The position numbers were made by a program, and so were the translations under genes. The notes beneath the pieces were generated by a model, which saw only the letters and a list, made by a program, of their open reading frames with translations, ran no database searches and was not told the origin of the DNA. A DNA stretch of 64,000 nucleotides from Macrostomum lignano (taxonomy: Eukaryota), in contig NIVC01000639.1 of the NCBI GenBank assembly GCA_002269645.1, forward strand, positions 346,760 to 410,759, given 5' to 3'. Below, in pieces: positions 1-13,923 of this stretch. Position 1 is the stretch's first letter, and every line of letters begins with the position of its first letter.

Positions 1-1159
1 CTCACTGCCTATCTGATTGTGTCCTCCCCTGCCTATCTGAGATTGTGTCCTCAGCCTATCTGATTGTGTCCTCACTGCCTATCTGAGATTGTGTCCTCCC
101 CGCCTATCTGAGATTGTGTCCTCACTGCCTATCTGATTGTGTCCTCACTGCCTATCTGAGATTGTGTCCTCACTGCCTATCTGATTGTGTCCTCACTGCC
201 TTCTGAGATTATGTCCTCACTGCTATCTGATTGTGTCTCACTGCCTATCTGATTGTGTTCACTGCCTATCTGATTGTGTCTCACTGCCTATCTGAGATTG
301 TGTTCCTCACTGCCTATCTGATTGTGTCCTCATGCCTATCTGAGATTGTGCCTCACGCCTATCTGATTGTGTCCTCACTGCCTATCTGATTGTGTCCTCA
401 CTGCCATATCTGATTGTGTCCTCCTGCCTATCTGAGATTGTGTCCTCCCCGCCTATCTGAGATTGTTGCCTCATTGCCTATCTGATTGTGTCCTCCTGCC
501 TATCTGATTGTGTCCTCACTGCCTATCTGATTGTGTCCTCACTGCCTATCTGATTGTGTCCTCACTGCCTATCTGATTTGTGTCACTGCCTATCTGATTG
601 TGTCCTCACTGCCTATCTGATTGTGTCCTCACTGCCTATCTGAGATTGTGTCCTCCCTGCCTAACTGAGATTGTGTCCTCATACCTATCTGAGATTGTGT
701 CCTCACTGCTATCTGATTGTGTCCTCCCTGCCTATCTGAGATTGTGTCCTCACTGCCTATCTGATTGTGTCCTCACTGCCTATCTGAGATTGTGTCCTCA
801 CTGCCTATCTGAGATTGTGTCCTCATTGCCTATCTGATTGTGTCCTCACTGCCTATCTGAGATTGTGTCCTCACTGCCTAACTGATTGTGTCCTCACTGC
901 CTATCTGATTTGTCCTCACTGCCTATCTGAGATTGTGTCCTCACTGCCTATCTGAGATTGTGTCCTCACTGCCTATCTGAGATTGTGTCCTCACTGGCCT
1001 ATCTGATTGTGTCCTCACTGCCTATCTGATTGTCTCTCACTGCCTATCTGATTGTCTCCTCACTGCTATCTGAGATTGTGTCCTCACTGCTATCTGAGAT
1101 TGTGTCCTCACTGCTATCTGAGATTGTGTCCTCACTGCTTATCTGAGATTGTGTCCTCA
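1..1159. repeat. Minisatellite, 23-25 bp unit CTCACTGCCTATCTG(AG)ATTGTGTC; runs off the left edge
   Basis: Direct tandem copies visible; explains ORF 598-837. Confidence 0.95.
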
Positions 1160-1458
1160 ATATCTCTGCGTCATAATTAACCCTAATAGCATATTTTTTC
1201 ACCTCAAAGTCTGCAAAAGGCCTCTCTACGTGTCCTCACTGACTTCATAAGTCGCAAAGCACAGGGCACTCTTTCGGGACAAAGTCCATCATTTATCAGG
1301 AAAGCTTCTTTTTGTGAATTTGAAATTATCTAAAATCTCACCAAGCTTTTAGACCAGAAAAATCCCTTTATCGCCCCGAGCTGCCCCTACTCAATCATTA
1401 TTAAGCTGGGGACAAAAAGTTTAACGAAAGCTGTGACTGAAAAAACGGGTGATAGACT

Positions 1459-2241
1459 ATGCCATTTGATTTTAGGGTGTGCCATTTGATTTGAGGTATG
1501 TGCCATTTGATTCGAGGGGAGTGCCATTTGATTCGAGGGGTGTGCCATTTGATTTGAGGAGGGTCCCATTTGATTTTAGGGTGTGCCATTTGATTTGAGG
1601 GGTGTGCCATTTGATTTGAGGGGTGTGCCACTTGATTTGAGAGGTGTGCCACTTGATTCGAGCCTTTGATTTGAGGGGTGTGCCATTTGATTCGAGGGGT
1701 GTGCCATTTGATTCGAGGGGTGTGCCATTTGATTCGAGGGGTGTGCCATTTGATTTGAGGGGTGTGCCATTTGATTTGAGGGGTGTGCCATTTGATTTGT
1801 GGGGTGTGCCATTTGATTCGAGGGGTGTGCCATTTGATTCGAGGGGTGTGCCATTTGATTTGAGGAGGCGCCATTTGATTTTAGGGCGTGCCATTTAATT
1901 TGAGGAGGCGCCATTTGATTTTAGGGTGTGCCATTTGATTTGAGGGGGCGCCATTTGATTTGAGGAGGCGCCATTTGATTTTAGGGTGTGCCATTTGATT
2001 CGAGGGGTGTGCCATTTGATTTGAGGAGGCGCCATTTGATTTTAGGGTGTGCCATTTGATTTGAGGGGCGCCATTTGATTTGAGGGGCCATTTGATTTGA
2101 GGGGCGCCATTTGATTTGAGGAGGCTTTGATTGGGTGTGCCATTTGATTCGAGGGGTGTGCCATTTGATTTGAGGAGGCGCCATTTGATTTTAGGGTGTG
2201 CCATTTGATTTGAGGGGGCGCCATTTGATTTGAGGGGGCGC
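1459..2241. repeat. Minisatellite, ~21 bp unit GCCATTTGATTTGAGGGGTGT
   Basis: Direct tandem copies; explains the repetitive minus-strand ORFs at 1387-2264. Confidence 0.95.
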
Positions 2242-2956
2242 CACACTACTGCAAGGGGCGCCATTTAATTTTGCCAGCCGGCTGGAGGGACAGCCCCCAC
2301 TGCCCCCCCCCTGGCTACGTCTTCACTGAGCCTCATCTGCCTCATCAACAGTGTGACGGGGCCCAGCCTCATCACCCAGCCAAGCCACCATGCGGAACAG
2401 ACTGGAGGGGACTCAAAAATCTCTCGAACTGAATTCTCCCGTGGGGATTCGCATGCGGCTGCAAATTCGCGAATCTGGGCGGCGCCATAGACAAAAATTA
2501 GCGCTCGGGTTCCCCTCTGCCCCCCCCCCCCTAAGCGATGACGCAACAGCAACCGGCTCGTTTGTGGCAGCCGACTATCCCTCAATTTAGGGATTTTCAT
2601 CCCAGCCGCATCGATTTTTATCTGCGGCCCCCCGGCTTCCTCTCAATTCGCTTCAGAGATTCTTTTAAACGGCGTGATTTGGTCGGCAGCTCCCTGGCTG
2701 GGCCCTCGAGGCGGACAGAGCGTGCCGAGGACCGGAGAAAGCAGCGTCGGGCGTCGTGCCCAGCTGCCCGCCATTGTTCTCGTTCAGCCAGGCGGGGGAG
2801 GAGGCTGGTGGCCCAATTTCCAAAATAAAAACTTCGCAGAGCGCGCGGCGGAGAGAAAAAAGGCGGAACAGAAAGGTGGAGACTTGTTCGATAGTGGCCG
2901 ATTTTTGAGCTCCCTCAGTTTGATTTGCCAACAGTTTAACTCGGCATTGAGTTAAT

Positions 2957-3512
2957 GAGCTGCCGTCTGCTGCCGTCTGCTGCCGTCTGCTGCCGTCTGC
3001 TGCCTCTCAGTTCAGACGGACTGCCTTGCCTCCTGCTGCCCCCTCTCTTCTCTCACCTCTCCTCTCTCTCTCTTGCCTCTCTCCCTCTCTGCCCTCTCCC
3101 CCTCCCCTCTCTCCCCTTCTTCCCGCTCTCCCCTCTCTCCTCTCTCCCCTCTCTTTCCGCTCTCTCCCTTTCTCCTCTCTCCCTCTCTCTCCCCTCTCTC
3201 CTCTCTCCCCTCTCTCGCCTCTCTCTCCCTCTCTCCCCTCTCTCCCCTCTCTCCCCTCTCTCCCCTCTCTCCCTCTCTCCCATCTCTCCCCTCTCGCCTC
3301 TCTCCCCTCTCTTCCCTCTCTCCCCTCTCTCCCCTCTCTCCCCTCTCTCCCCTCTCTCCCTCTCTCCCCTCTCTCGCCTCTCTCCCCTCTCTTCCCTCTC
3401 TCCCCTTCTTCCCTCTCTCCCCTCTCTTCCTCTCTCCCCTCTCTTCCCTCTCTCCTCTCTTCCCTCTCTCCCCTCTCTTCCCTCTCTCCCCTCTCTTCCC
3501 TCTCTCCCATCT
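2957..3512. repeat. (GCTGCCGTCT)x4 followed by a CT-rich low-complexity tract
   Basis: Polypyrimidine (CTCTCCC)n-like sequence. Confidence 0.9.
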
Positions 3513-4821
3513 CTGGTCCAACTGGTTGCATATTAAAAGATATGAGAGCTTCATCATGATATCATACTGAGAGCTGTCATATCGTCTGACCAAATGAATT
3601 GTCAAATCCAGTGCTCGCCAATCAAACTGCGCTGTCATGTCATGCTCGCTTAATCAGGCACCTCCCTGTCTTCCTATCTCCTATCTATCCATTATTTCCC
3701 AGCTCGAACCCCCAAGCCGTAATGCCTGGGTCATTAGTCAGTTTATCGCAGGTGAATTGTCTGGTTATGAATTATAAATTGCAAGATGGCATTGATGGGG
3801 CCCTTCGAACCCAGCCTTCAGCAGCGAATATCCAGCTCTCGGGTTCGGGAATGCCAAACCTCCCCCCCCCCACATTGCCGTCATGGCCCGGGGCAGACAA
3901 AGCTTTTTTTAACAAAATAATTTGGGGAAAAAGTTACCCGCCAACGACTTTATTTATCTCTTCCCTTGAAAGCGTTGCGTGCCGCCGGCCTTGGGTAGGC
4001 GAGGAGCCTCTTTGTCACCCCCCCCCCCAGTGAGTCACCGCACAGCAGCTGCTGCAGAGAGTTGAAAACAGCAAAAACAACAAAAAACTTGTCCCCTCGC
4101 TTGTCGCGACGAATTCAATTGACGAAACCTTCCTGTGTTGGCACCTGCAGATGCGGTCTGGACTGGGAATCTAATCCCCAAATTTGATCTCCCAGCAAAG
4201 CGCCGCATGTTTGACAGGCCGTGAGAAGTCGGCCGCCACATCCGGCGTGGACTGCCGCCCACTTCAGCTCATTGTGACACAGCACTAGCAGCAATCACTT
4301 CGCAAATATGATGGCATTGCTATGGTGGACACGGCATGCCTGGTCGCACTGGTCTGTCAGTTAGGGCGAGCGGTCAGGCTGAGTGACATGAGAGGGGGGG
4401 GTGGCAGCCCATCATCAGGCAGCGCCAAGCTCCCAGCTCCGAGACGTCCTCTCGATGACAAACGCAAAACCACTCTGGCAATCTCCCCGCTGCTGCACAG
4501 CTCGATTCTCATTGGCTGGCCTTTGTTGGCCAATCAGGCTTGGCTGAGAGATTTTTAAAACTGTGGTTATGGGATGGGAGACAGACAGACGGACTGAAAG
4601 GGACAGGCAGGGCGTTGAAAGGCCAGCAACTGCAGTGCATTCTCAATCCACCTGCTGCGAAATCTCCAAAGCGGTGAGTGGCTTTTCTTCAATTTTGCTT
4701 CTTTCTGTTCCATAAGACGCAAATTTCCCCAAGGCCCTCTGCTGCTGCTGCTGCCAATGCAATTTTAATCAGGCAGGCAAGGCTCGGAGTACCAGGTGGG
4801 CGAGACCGGTTGCGTGACATC

Positions 4822-5478
4822 CGGGTAGTGAGCAGTGTACCTGAGCAGTGTGCTATATCCGGGTTATTGAGCAGTGTACCTGAGCAGTGTGCTATATCCG
4901 GGTTATTGAGCAGTGTACCTGAGCAGTGTGCAACATCCGGGTAGTGAGCAGTGTACCTGAGCAGTGTACCTGAGCAGTGTGCTATATCCGGGTTATTGAG
5001 CAGTGTACCTGAGCAGTGTGCCACATCCGGGTAGTGAGCAGTGTACCTGAGCAGTGTGCTACATCCGGGTAGTGAGCAATGTGCCTGAGCAGTGTGCTAC
5101 ATCCGGGTAGTGAGCAGTGTACCTGAGCAGTGTGCTACATCCGGGTAGTGAGCAGTGTACCTGAGCAGTGTGCTACATCCGGGTAGTGAGCAGTGTACCT
5201 GAGCAGTGTGCTACATCCGGGTAGTGAGCAGTGTACCTGAGCAGTGTGCTACATCCGGGTAGTGAGCAGTGTACCTGAGCAGTGTGCTACATCCGGGTAG
5301 TGAGCAGTGTACCTGAGCAGTGTGCTACATCCGGGTAGTGAGCAGTGTACCTGAGCAGTGTGCTACATCCGGGTAGTGAGCAGTGTACCTGAGCAGTGTG
5401 CTACATCCGGGTAGTGAGCAGTGGACCTGAGCAGTGTGCTACATCCGGGTAGTGAGCAGTGGACCTGAGCAGTGTGTT
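4822..5478. repeat. Minisatellite, 38 bp unit GAGCAGTGTACCTGAGCAGTGTGCTACATCCGGGTAGT
   Basis: Near-identical tandem copies. Confidence 0.95.
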
Positions 5479-5869
5479 CATCTAATCACGTGAAGATTTT
5501 TCCTAGAAATCATTGGGAACTCGCTAAATTAATTCTGAGGCCACGGTCTGAACCATTCAAAAGTTTAAGGCGGAGAAATCTAGCGATTGAGAAGTCTAAA
5601 ATGATGAAGAAGGATTCTACGAATTCCCTTTCAACATGAGAGAAATCGAACTTGAAGGCCAATAATTCTGCCATCCATGCCAGCGCCATCGCCCAAACTC
5701 CCTGCTCCTTTCTCCGCTCCCGCATCTGGGAAAAGTTCTCATTATTGGGCCTGTCATGTTCCTCACACGCGGCTTGTGCGAGAGTTGGGGGAGCAAGGGG
5801 AGTGGAAAGAGTATGGGCAATAGCAAGATTAAAGAAGGCAAAAGAAGAAGGGAGTGACGGATAGAGATA

Positions 5870-6450
5870 GGGATAGAGACAGAGAGAAAATGGCGAGAGA
5901 CAGGGAAGATAGGGACAGAGACAGGGAGAGAGACAGGGGAGACAGAGAGAGAGAGACAGGGAGAGACAGGGAGAGACAGTGAGAGAGACAGGGAGAGACA
6001 GTAAGAGGGACAGAGAGAGACAGAGAGAGAGAGAGAGACAGGGAGAGACAGGGAGAGAGACAGGGAGAGAGACAGGGAGAGAGACAGGGAGAGAGAGACA
6101 GGGAGAGAAAGAGAGACAGGGAGAGAGAGAGACAGTGAGAGAGACAGGGAGAGAGACAGGGAGAGAGACAGGGAGAGAGACAGGGAGAGAGACAGGGAGA
6201 GAGACAGGGAGAGAGACAGAGAGAGAGACAGGGGAGACAGAGAGAGACAAAGAGAGACAGAGAGAGACAGGGAGAGACAGAGAGACAGGGAGAGAGAGAC
6301 AGGGAGAGAGACAGGGAGAGAGAGACAGGGAGAGAGAGACAGGGAGAGAGAGACAGGGAGAGAGAGACAGGGAGAGAGAGACAGGGAGAGAGACAGGGAG
6401 AGAGACAGGGAGAGAGGCAGGGAGAGAGACAGAGAGAAAAGCAGGGAGAG
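5870..6450. repeat. GA-rich microsatellite (GGGAGAGAGACA)n
   Basis: Direct reading. Confidence 0.9.
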
Positions 6451-6457
6451 TGAGAAC

Positions 6458-6771
6458 AGTGCCAATAAGAATCAGTTACACAACCTGAAAGAGAACTGAA
6501 CAGTGCCAATAAGAATCAGTTACACAACCTGAAAGAGAACTGAGTAGTGCCAATAAGAATCAGTTACACAACCTGAAAGAGAACTGAGTAGTGCCAATAA
6601 GAATCAGTTACACAACCTGAAAGAGAACTGAGCAGTGCCAATAAGAATCAGTTACACAACCTGAAAGAGAACTGAGTAGTGCCAATAAGAATCAGTTACA
6701 CAACCTGAAAGAGAACTGAGTAGTGCCAATAAGAATCAGTTACACAACCTGAAAGAGAACTGAGCAGTGCC
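6458..6771. repeat. Minisatellite, 44 bp unit AGTGCCAATAAGAATCAGTTACACAACCTGAAAGAGAACTGAGT, ~7 copies
   Basis: Unit starts recur every 44 bp (e.g. 6546, 6590). Confidence 0.95.
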
Positions 6772-9700
6772 ATAAACCACACGCAGACACACACAGGAAT
6801 AAATGGCGCAGAGAACACAGCGGGGCTATTCATGAGGAAGTTGTTTCACAGATGATGAGGCACCGCAGCGTGCAGTGGCAGGCAGCTCAGTGGGGAAGGA
6901 GGAGACTCAGTGAGGCGGAGCGGCAGCCATGAATGCCGGGTGCCATGAGAGCCGGCAGGGCTGGGGGAATCTGTGGCCATCTGTATCTCTCGCTCACACA
7001 AGCGCGGTACAAGCAACACAAAAGAAGAAGTGCAGGCCCGGCTGCGGCTACGCACGGGGCCGCCGCCGCCACTGCCGCCTTCTCGCGGCTTGTTGGGAAG
7101 TTTGAGCTGCTGCGGGTGTTGCTGCTCCCCAGAGCTCTGGCAACCCCCCCCCCGTGCCAGCTGCAATGAGAGCCGCGCAGCTCTGCCCTTCTGCCCATCT
7201 CTCCCTCTTTTGCTCTTTTTTACGGTTGCCGGGCGGCTTTCGCTGCAGCCCCCCCGCCCCCCGAGGCGGCGCGCCATTGATCTGGCGGTTTTGATCGAAG
7301 GCGCAGAAAGTCAGCCAGCAGCCCGCCATCTCCCTCATCAATTATCGAATATCGATAAAGGTAGCAGCCGCTACCTGCCGTGCCAATTATAAAAATCCCC
7401 AGACTTCTGCTCCCAGGAGAAGAGCTGGATGAGCTGACTCTTATTATCTGCAGACCAGGGGGTGGGGTTATCATTATCCATTGAGAAGGTGCCGGCAGTC
7501 CTGGGGTGCGACGTCCGGCTTTTTTCTGGGAAGAGGGAGGGGAGCTGCAGCAGCAGGTCACGCGAGGCGGGATTCCAAAAAATCTGCCTTAAAAATCCGG
7601 GCCAGTCAGAAGAAGAAATGGGTGACAATAGCGGTCTGTGCCCAGCAGTCATTGTGCTGCTCAAGTTGGTAGCGTGCGGCCCACTGTGGCAGGGGTCGGG
7701 GCTTGAAGAGCCTCCTTGAAGCTGCAGTCAGCCAGCCCTGATCCGCAAGAAGTTGACCGGCGTGTTTGTCGCACCTGTCAGTCATTAGCGCACCCGCAAA
7801 CAAAAGCTGTCGGTGTGGGGGGTTGCGGGGCACAAAAAACACACAAAGCTGGTGTGTGGAAATTGCTGAAGAAGCGGGCAGGCAGGCAGGGCAATGAGGC
7901 TAATTAGCTTGTCACCTTTGCCCGCGTGAAAGCGCAGGGGGTTGAGGGCTTCATTAGCAGTTGGAAAAGCAAGGCTTCAATTAAGCAGATTCTTTTGACA
8001 TCAAAATATTCGGGATATTTTGAGGGCTGTCTTTTGCGCGAAAAAATGCACTACGAAGAGAGATGGAAAAATAGAAATAATAGATGACAAAAAAATACAA
8101 ACAAAAAACCAACGAAAATGGCCTTTTATTTGGTTTCTCCTTTCACTGCCTCTTAGTTCATTCACCAAAACTAGAAAAAACTGTGTGAGTCTCTTGCTTT
8201 TGCACACGAAGCTTTACAGAAACTCAGGGCAGCGATAAGACTGGAGGCAGGTTGTACTAAAAATGAGCTGTCAATCTGCTTCCGGATCCCGATTTCCGCA
8301 GCGCATTTTTCTAAGAAAAGAACGAGGTTTCCCGATTTCTGCTTAAGTCGTCCTTGGAAGAAGGCAAGATTTCTTCCACTGTGTCTACCTGGGCCTTCTC
8401 GGCCTTCAAAGCGATGCAAATGAAGGCCTCATCAGTGAGAGTTTTATGGGATCTTGAAAATGCGGTCGATCAGCCTGCAAGGCGACTGACTCACCGGGCC
8501 TATCAATCAGACACGGGTCTGGCTGGCATTACCGGTTGCCAAGGCCGACCGTGCTGGCCAGGTTACAGATAGATACAGAATATGAAGTCTCAGGCGTATT
8601 TGCATTCATCTTTGAGCAGCTTGGATTACGCAACCGCTCCCTTCCCCATCCCCTCCCACCTCAGCGCCTGAAAAGGAGAACAGGGGCAAATCTTTAAAAT
8701 ATCCCCACGGCTCCAGCTGGGGAATTTATCCCCAAATCTTCATATTTCTTGACGGAAATGTTTCTTTTTAGGCTGGCATGGGAAAATGGGAAAATGCTTT
8801 CAGATGTCAATCTGGGGGCGCGAGACGGACAGGCCAGCGAGTTTGAGCAAATCCAATTCTGCCTGCTCAGGCGGGCCGGCAGGGCGCGAACATTTGATGA
8901 GATTCTGCACTGTTTGGGCCGCAAGGATTGTCGCAAAAAATCCCTTTCCGATTCACAAAACTGCCTGGCTGATGAAGCTGTGCGGAGGCTGGACAATGCG
9001 GACCAGAGTGACTCACTTATCCCTCATCAAGTTCAGCCAGAGATTCTTCATGGGGATCGGGGAAGCGCGTGGGCGAAAAGGTGTTGCCTTGCTGCTCGAG
9101 CTCTAATCTGATGCAGGCGGGATGCTGGGCCGTCTGATTGCCATCTCCTGTCTGCACCCTTTGACCCCTCGGCCATGAAAACTGGGGATTTGGATCCGGG
9201 CCGATCTCGAAGGGTCTCCACGGATCCGGGACTCGCGCGCTCATGGACGGAGGCGGACCCTCCAGCCCCGCTCACTTAATTAGTTTGCCCCGAGCTGGCT
9301 TAGCAACGCGCAGCGGGGGGTCCGAGCCGGGCTGACTTCCCCCCCCCGGCTATTGCGTAACTCCCGGCCAGCTTTTGAAGCAAATCTGTTTTAATCGGCG
9401 CTGGTAAATGTTGCGAGATTGCAGCAGAATTTCTCTGCCTCGATTTTCAATGCGCAGCAGAGGCGGATGCAGCCCCCCCCCAGCCAGCCTCCGAGTCCCC
9501 CAGGTGTCACTCAGCCAGAGCAATGACTTCACAGCTCAGGTGACTTTGCTCTGCTGTCGCTATCTCTCGGCCAGGTGGTTAATGCCGCTCCGGATTAGAG
9601 GCTAATCCTCGCAATCAGGCGGTGTGCAGGTGGTCTCGAGCCGGTCGAACCGCGCGTGTGCTCTGCTCTGTTTATTGGGATAATTATTGCCACATAATTG

Positions 9701-9834
9701 AAGCTTTGATGATGACGCGGCTTCTGGCTGGGAGTTCAAGCAGTTCAGTTTTTTGTAACAAGGGTTGCGGGCACTCGAAAGGCCTGAGCAGCCCCTGACA
9801 CTCAAAGGTTCTTCCCTGAAACCTAAAGTGTCTT

Positions 9835-10117
9835 CTGACGCACAAAGTGTCTCCTCTGACACCCAAAGTGTCTCCCCTGACGCACAAAGTGTCTCCTCTG
9901 ACGCACAAAGTGTCTCCTCTGACACCCAAAGTGTCTCATCTGACACCCAAAGTGTCTCCTCTGACACCCAAAGTGTCTCATCTGACACCCAAAGTGTCTC
10001 CTCTGACACCCAAAGTGTCTCATCTGACACCCAAAGTGTCTCATCTGACACCCAAAGTGTCTCCTCTGACACCCAAAGTGTCTCCTCTGACACCCAAAGT
10101 GTCTCACCTGACACACA
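9835..10117. repeat. Minisatellite, 21 bp unit CTGACACCCAAAGTGTCTCCT
   Basis: Tandem copies just upstream of the first visible cadherin exon. Confidence 0.95.
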
Positions 10118-10203
10118 AGTGGCGGCTTGGAGGCCCTGACACCCAACTGCTTATTAAAAGTACAAGCCGCCCAGCTTCATCGCCAGCCTCCCCGAACCGC
10201 TAG

Positions 10204-10593
10204 GCCGCAACCGGCGCATTCGCTACAGCATCGAGCCGCGCACGGCCGAGTCCAGCTGCTTCCGCCTCGACCCGTCAGCCGGGCTGCTCAGCCTCGAGTT
10301 CCAGAAGCTCGACCGGGAGGCCAACCCGCTTCACCGCATCGTCATCGTTGCCAGGGACTGCGGGGAGCCGCCGCTCAGCGCCAGCGTCACCGCCACCCTC
10401 AGCCTCATGGACGTCAACGACAACCCGCCCGAGTTCGAGCAGCCCAGCCCGACGGTCAACCTGTCCGAGGCCGTCCCGGTTGGTCACGTGATCACCCGGC
10501 TGCGAGCCACCAGCCGCGACTCCGGCAGGAACGCCGAGATTCGGTATCGACTGCTGGACTCCGCCGGGCTTTTCAACCTGTCTGAGCTGACCG
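10204..10593 (+). CDS. FAT1/2/3-like: Fat-like cadherin, first exon visible in window (cadherin repeats); upstream exons not seen
   Basis: ccgctAG acceptor, G|gtgagt donor. Translates G-RNRRIRYSIEP...LDRE...ARDCGEPPLS...DVNDNPPEF...DSGRNAEIRY, containing the cadherin Ca-binding motifs LDRE, DxNDN and DxDxG. Splices in frame (phase 1) to 18018. Confidence 0.9.
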
Positions 10594-10809
10594 GTGAGTG
10601 ACAGCTGGGGTGGGGGTCAAATTTGAGTTGGAGAGGGGAACTTGAGAGAAGAGTAGAAGAGAGAGAAGTAGAGATGCTTAGATAGAGGCAGGGGGCTGTG
10701 TGCACCACCGGGGAGAGGCATTGCTGCCCATTCCGCCGACTCCCCTGAGCAGGCACACAAGCGCACGGGTTACGTACGCAGTCACACAGGAGTGCACAGC
10801 GGCCCTAAC

Positions 10810-10996
10810 TTTATTTATATCGTTAGGCATGTACACTACACTGTGCCTTGGGGGTTGGCCCTTAAGGTTGTTAATTTCATGAGCAGACCCAAGCCGAGAT
10901 TCAGATTTTGCCCCAAATTAATGTGACTGCACTGGGAATCGAGCCTGGGCCGCTGGCGCATCACAGAGCGCCGCACTGGACTATTAGGCTACGGCC
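10810..10996 (-). mobile_element. tRNA-derived SINE (intronic)
   Basis: Minus strand: A-box-like TAGCCTAATAG, B-box-like GGCTCGATTCC (10945-10935), unique body, then an AATAAA-containing tail (10815-10810). Confidence 0.6.
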
Positions 10997-10999
10997 TGA

Positions 11000-11640
11000 A
11001 GTAGATGTGAGAAGTAGAGATGAGGGAAGTAGAGATGAGAGAAGTAGAGATGAGAAAAGTAGAGATGAGAGAAGTAGAGATGAGAGAAGTAGAGATGAGA
11101 GAAGTAGAGATGAGAGAAGTAGAGATGAGAGAAGTAGAGATGAGAGAAGTAGAGATGAGAGAAGTAGAGATGAGAGAAGTAGAGATGAGAGAAGTAGAGA
11201 TGAGAGAAGTAGAGATGAGAGAAGTAGAGATGAGAGAAGTAGAGATGAGAGAAGTAGAGATGAGAGAAGTAGAGATGAGAGAAGTAGAGATGAGAGAAGT
11301 AGAGATGAGAGAAGTAGAGATGAGAGAAGTAGAGATGAGAGAAGTAGAGATGATGGAAGTAGAGATGAGAGAAGTAGAGATGAGAGAAGTAGAGATGAGG
11401 GAAGTAGAGATGAGAGAAGTAGAGATGAGAGAAGTAGAGATGAGGGAAGTAGAGATGAGAGAAGTAGAGATGAGGGAAGTAGAGATGAGAGAAGTAGAGA
11501 TGAGAGAAGTAGAGATGAGAGAAGTAGAGATGAGAGAAGTAGAGATGAGGGAAGTAGAGATGAGGGAAGTAGAGATGAGGGAAGTAGAGATGAGAGAAGT
11601 AGAGATGAGAGAAGTAGAGATGAGAGAAGTAGAGATAAAG
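11000..11640. repeat. Minisatellite, 15 bp unit GAGAAGTAGAGATGA
   Basis: Near-perfect tandem; explains the RSRDE/MREVE ORFs. Confidence 0.95.
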
Positions 11641-12621
11641 GAAGCAGGGCTGTAGAAATGAGAGCCGGATTGCTTCAATCTTGTTAGCATGAGCCCCAGT
11701 CGATAAAATGGGGTTGGCGCTTCAACCTGCGCCAGACTGACAGCCGAAGACAAAAGACAGCAAAGATTTCCACACACTCAGCCCTGACAAGCCAGCAAGC
11801 ACTTTTATGACAGCTCATGGAGTTGGGATGCGACCTGCGTGATCCGCTGGCTTCTCCCGGTCGCTACTTTCTGATCGATTGTCAGCGCGGGTTTCCCGCT
11901 GCAGTCCTCGCCAGTTGCTTTCGGATTTCCTGTTCGTTTAGAAAAAGAAGAGCCGGACAGAGTTTCAACAAAGTTCCAGGTCAAGAGGGGCTGACTGGCG
12001 TCTCCTTGGGGAGCTCCCGGCCCATCATTCACGGCCTGCGTGGGCCGAGATGTCAATCTCGCAGCATCCGCCCCGTGCGGCGTGCGCAGTTGGTCATCCC
12101 GGAGCTCCGAGTTATCGCAGCTGCGGCGGTTTGTTCAGACCCGCAGGAATTTATTAGCAGTTAAGAGGGGGAAGGGACGGCGAGGTGAGGAAAATGCCAT
12201 CGGTTGTTGAACCAATTTTGGGTCATAAAAAATAGGGGAACTACCTGCTTTCTCGGCCTGTTGACACCCGGGTGGCTGAGCGGAGGGCCGGTTGCCCCGA
12301 ACAGCTCGCGAGAAAGTGCGTCCCGACCACGGCTGCTGGAAGTTGCCGAGTTTTGCTTGGGGGGGGGGTGGCAGTAGCTGGGATAAACAGCCAGCCGGTC
12401 CCCGGGGATTTCCTGGAAAGCAGCGGCACTTCTTGCTGGCGCCTGTGCGCGTCCGCTGCCTTTTTGTAACGGTGGATTTTTTATTTATTGGAAGCCTTTT
12501 ATTGCCCATTATCTGCACCGCAGTGGGGGGGGACTCAGCCAGAGCAATTTGCGGTTCAGCGCTTTGTTGGATTTGGCTCGCTTTTGATTCTATTCATTGC
12601 TTGCCTGCCGCGGATTCTGCT

Positions 12622-13335
12622 TCTACTCTCAGTGTCTACTCTCAGTGTCTACTCTCAGTGTCTACTGTCAGTGTCTACTGTCAGTATCTACTGTCAGTGT
12701 CTACTGTCAGTGTCTACTCTCAGTGTCTACTCTCAGTGTCTATACTCTCAGTGTCTACTCTCAGTGTCTACTCTAAGTGTCTACTCTCAGTGTCTACTCT
12801 CAGTGTCTACTCTCAGTGTCTATACTCTCAGTGTCTACTGTCAGTGTCTACTCTCAGTGTCTACTGTCAGTGTCTACTCTCAGTGTCTACTGTCAGTGTC
12901 TACTGTCAGTGTCTACTGTCAGTGTCTACTCTCAGTGTCTACTCTCAGTGTCTACTCTCAGTGTCTACTCTCAGTGTCTACTGTCAGTGTCTACTCTCAG
13001 TGTCTACTGTCAGTGTCTATACTCTCAGAGTCTACTGTCAGTGTCTACTGTCAGTGTCTACTGTCAGTGTCTACTCTCAGTGTCTACTGTCAGTGTCTAT
13101 ACTCTCAGAGTCTACTGTCAGTGTCTACTCTCAGTGTCTACTGTCAGTGTCTACTCTCAGTGTCTACTCTCAGTGTCTACTCTCAGTGTCTACTCTCAGT
13201 GTCTACTCTCAGTCTCTACTGTCAGTGTCTACTCTCAGTCTCTACTGTCAGTGTCAACTCTCAGTGTCTTCTACTTTCAGTCTCTACTCTCAGTGTCTAC
13301 TCTCAGTGTCTACTCTCAGTGTCTACTCATTGTCT
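12622..13335. repeat. Minisatellite, 13 bp unit (C/G)TCAGTGTCTACT
   Basis: Direct tandem copies. Confidence 0.95.
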
Positions 13336-13799
13336 ACCATAAGTCTCTGCTTCTACATTTCCCGTGACTACTCTTAATGTTCATTCCAATCTCCCCATGT
13401 CAAGCAACTATTTACTTCTTTAGCACCTGCATTTGCTAATTACTTTTCACTCGTCTTCAATCCATCTTAAAGTTCGCGGTTTTTCTCTCTCGGAAGAGGC
13501 ATTCGCAAATCAAGACAGTCGGGAGGCGGGAGCGCCAAGAAAGTTTTAGGGATAATTTTCCCCTATCATTTCGATGGAGAGCGGGGGACACCTGCTGTGC
13601 TCTCTGGGGCCGACACTGCCGTTGCCGGGACGTTGCTGGGGTCCGCGCTCGGCGGAAATTCAGCAGCAAAGCGGCTGAAAGTCGGGCCGCGTGTTGCCTC
13701 TGACAACAACTGAAAACTGCGGCTGTCTTAGCAGCTTTCCGGCCCGCTTGCAGCTCTTGGGGCTGAGAGATTCTGCGATTGGATCTTTTCGTCTGGTCC

Positions 13800-13870
13800 G
13801 TCTGTGTGCGTGTGTGTCTGTCTGTCTGTCTGTCTGTCTGTGTGTCTGTCTGTCTGTCTGTCTGTCTGTG

Positions 13871-13923
<53 letters not shown>

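Noticed and set aside
6458-6771. CRISPR-like regular arrays (also 16990-17820 and 38305-39398)
   Set aside because: Units are head-to-tail with no unique spacers, there are no cas genes and the context is eukaryotic.
10925-10996. tRNA gene
   Set aside because: A/B-box-like motifs are present but no convincing cloverleaf, and a body and A-rich tail follow; called as a SINE.
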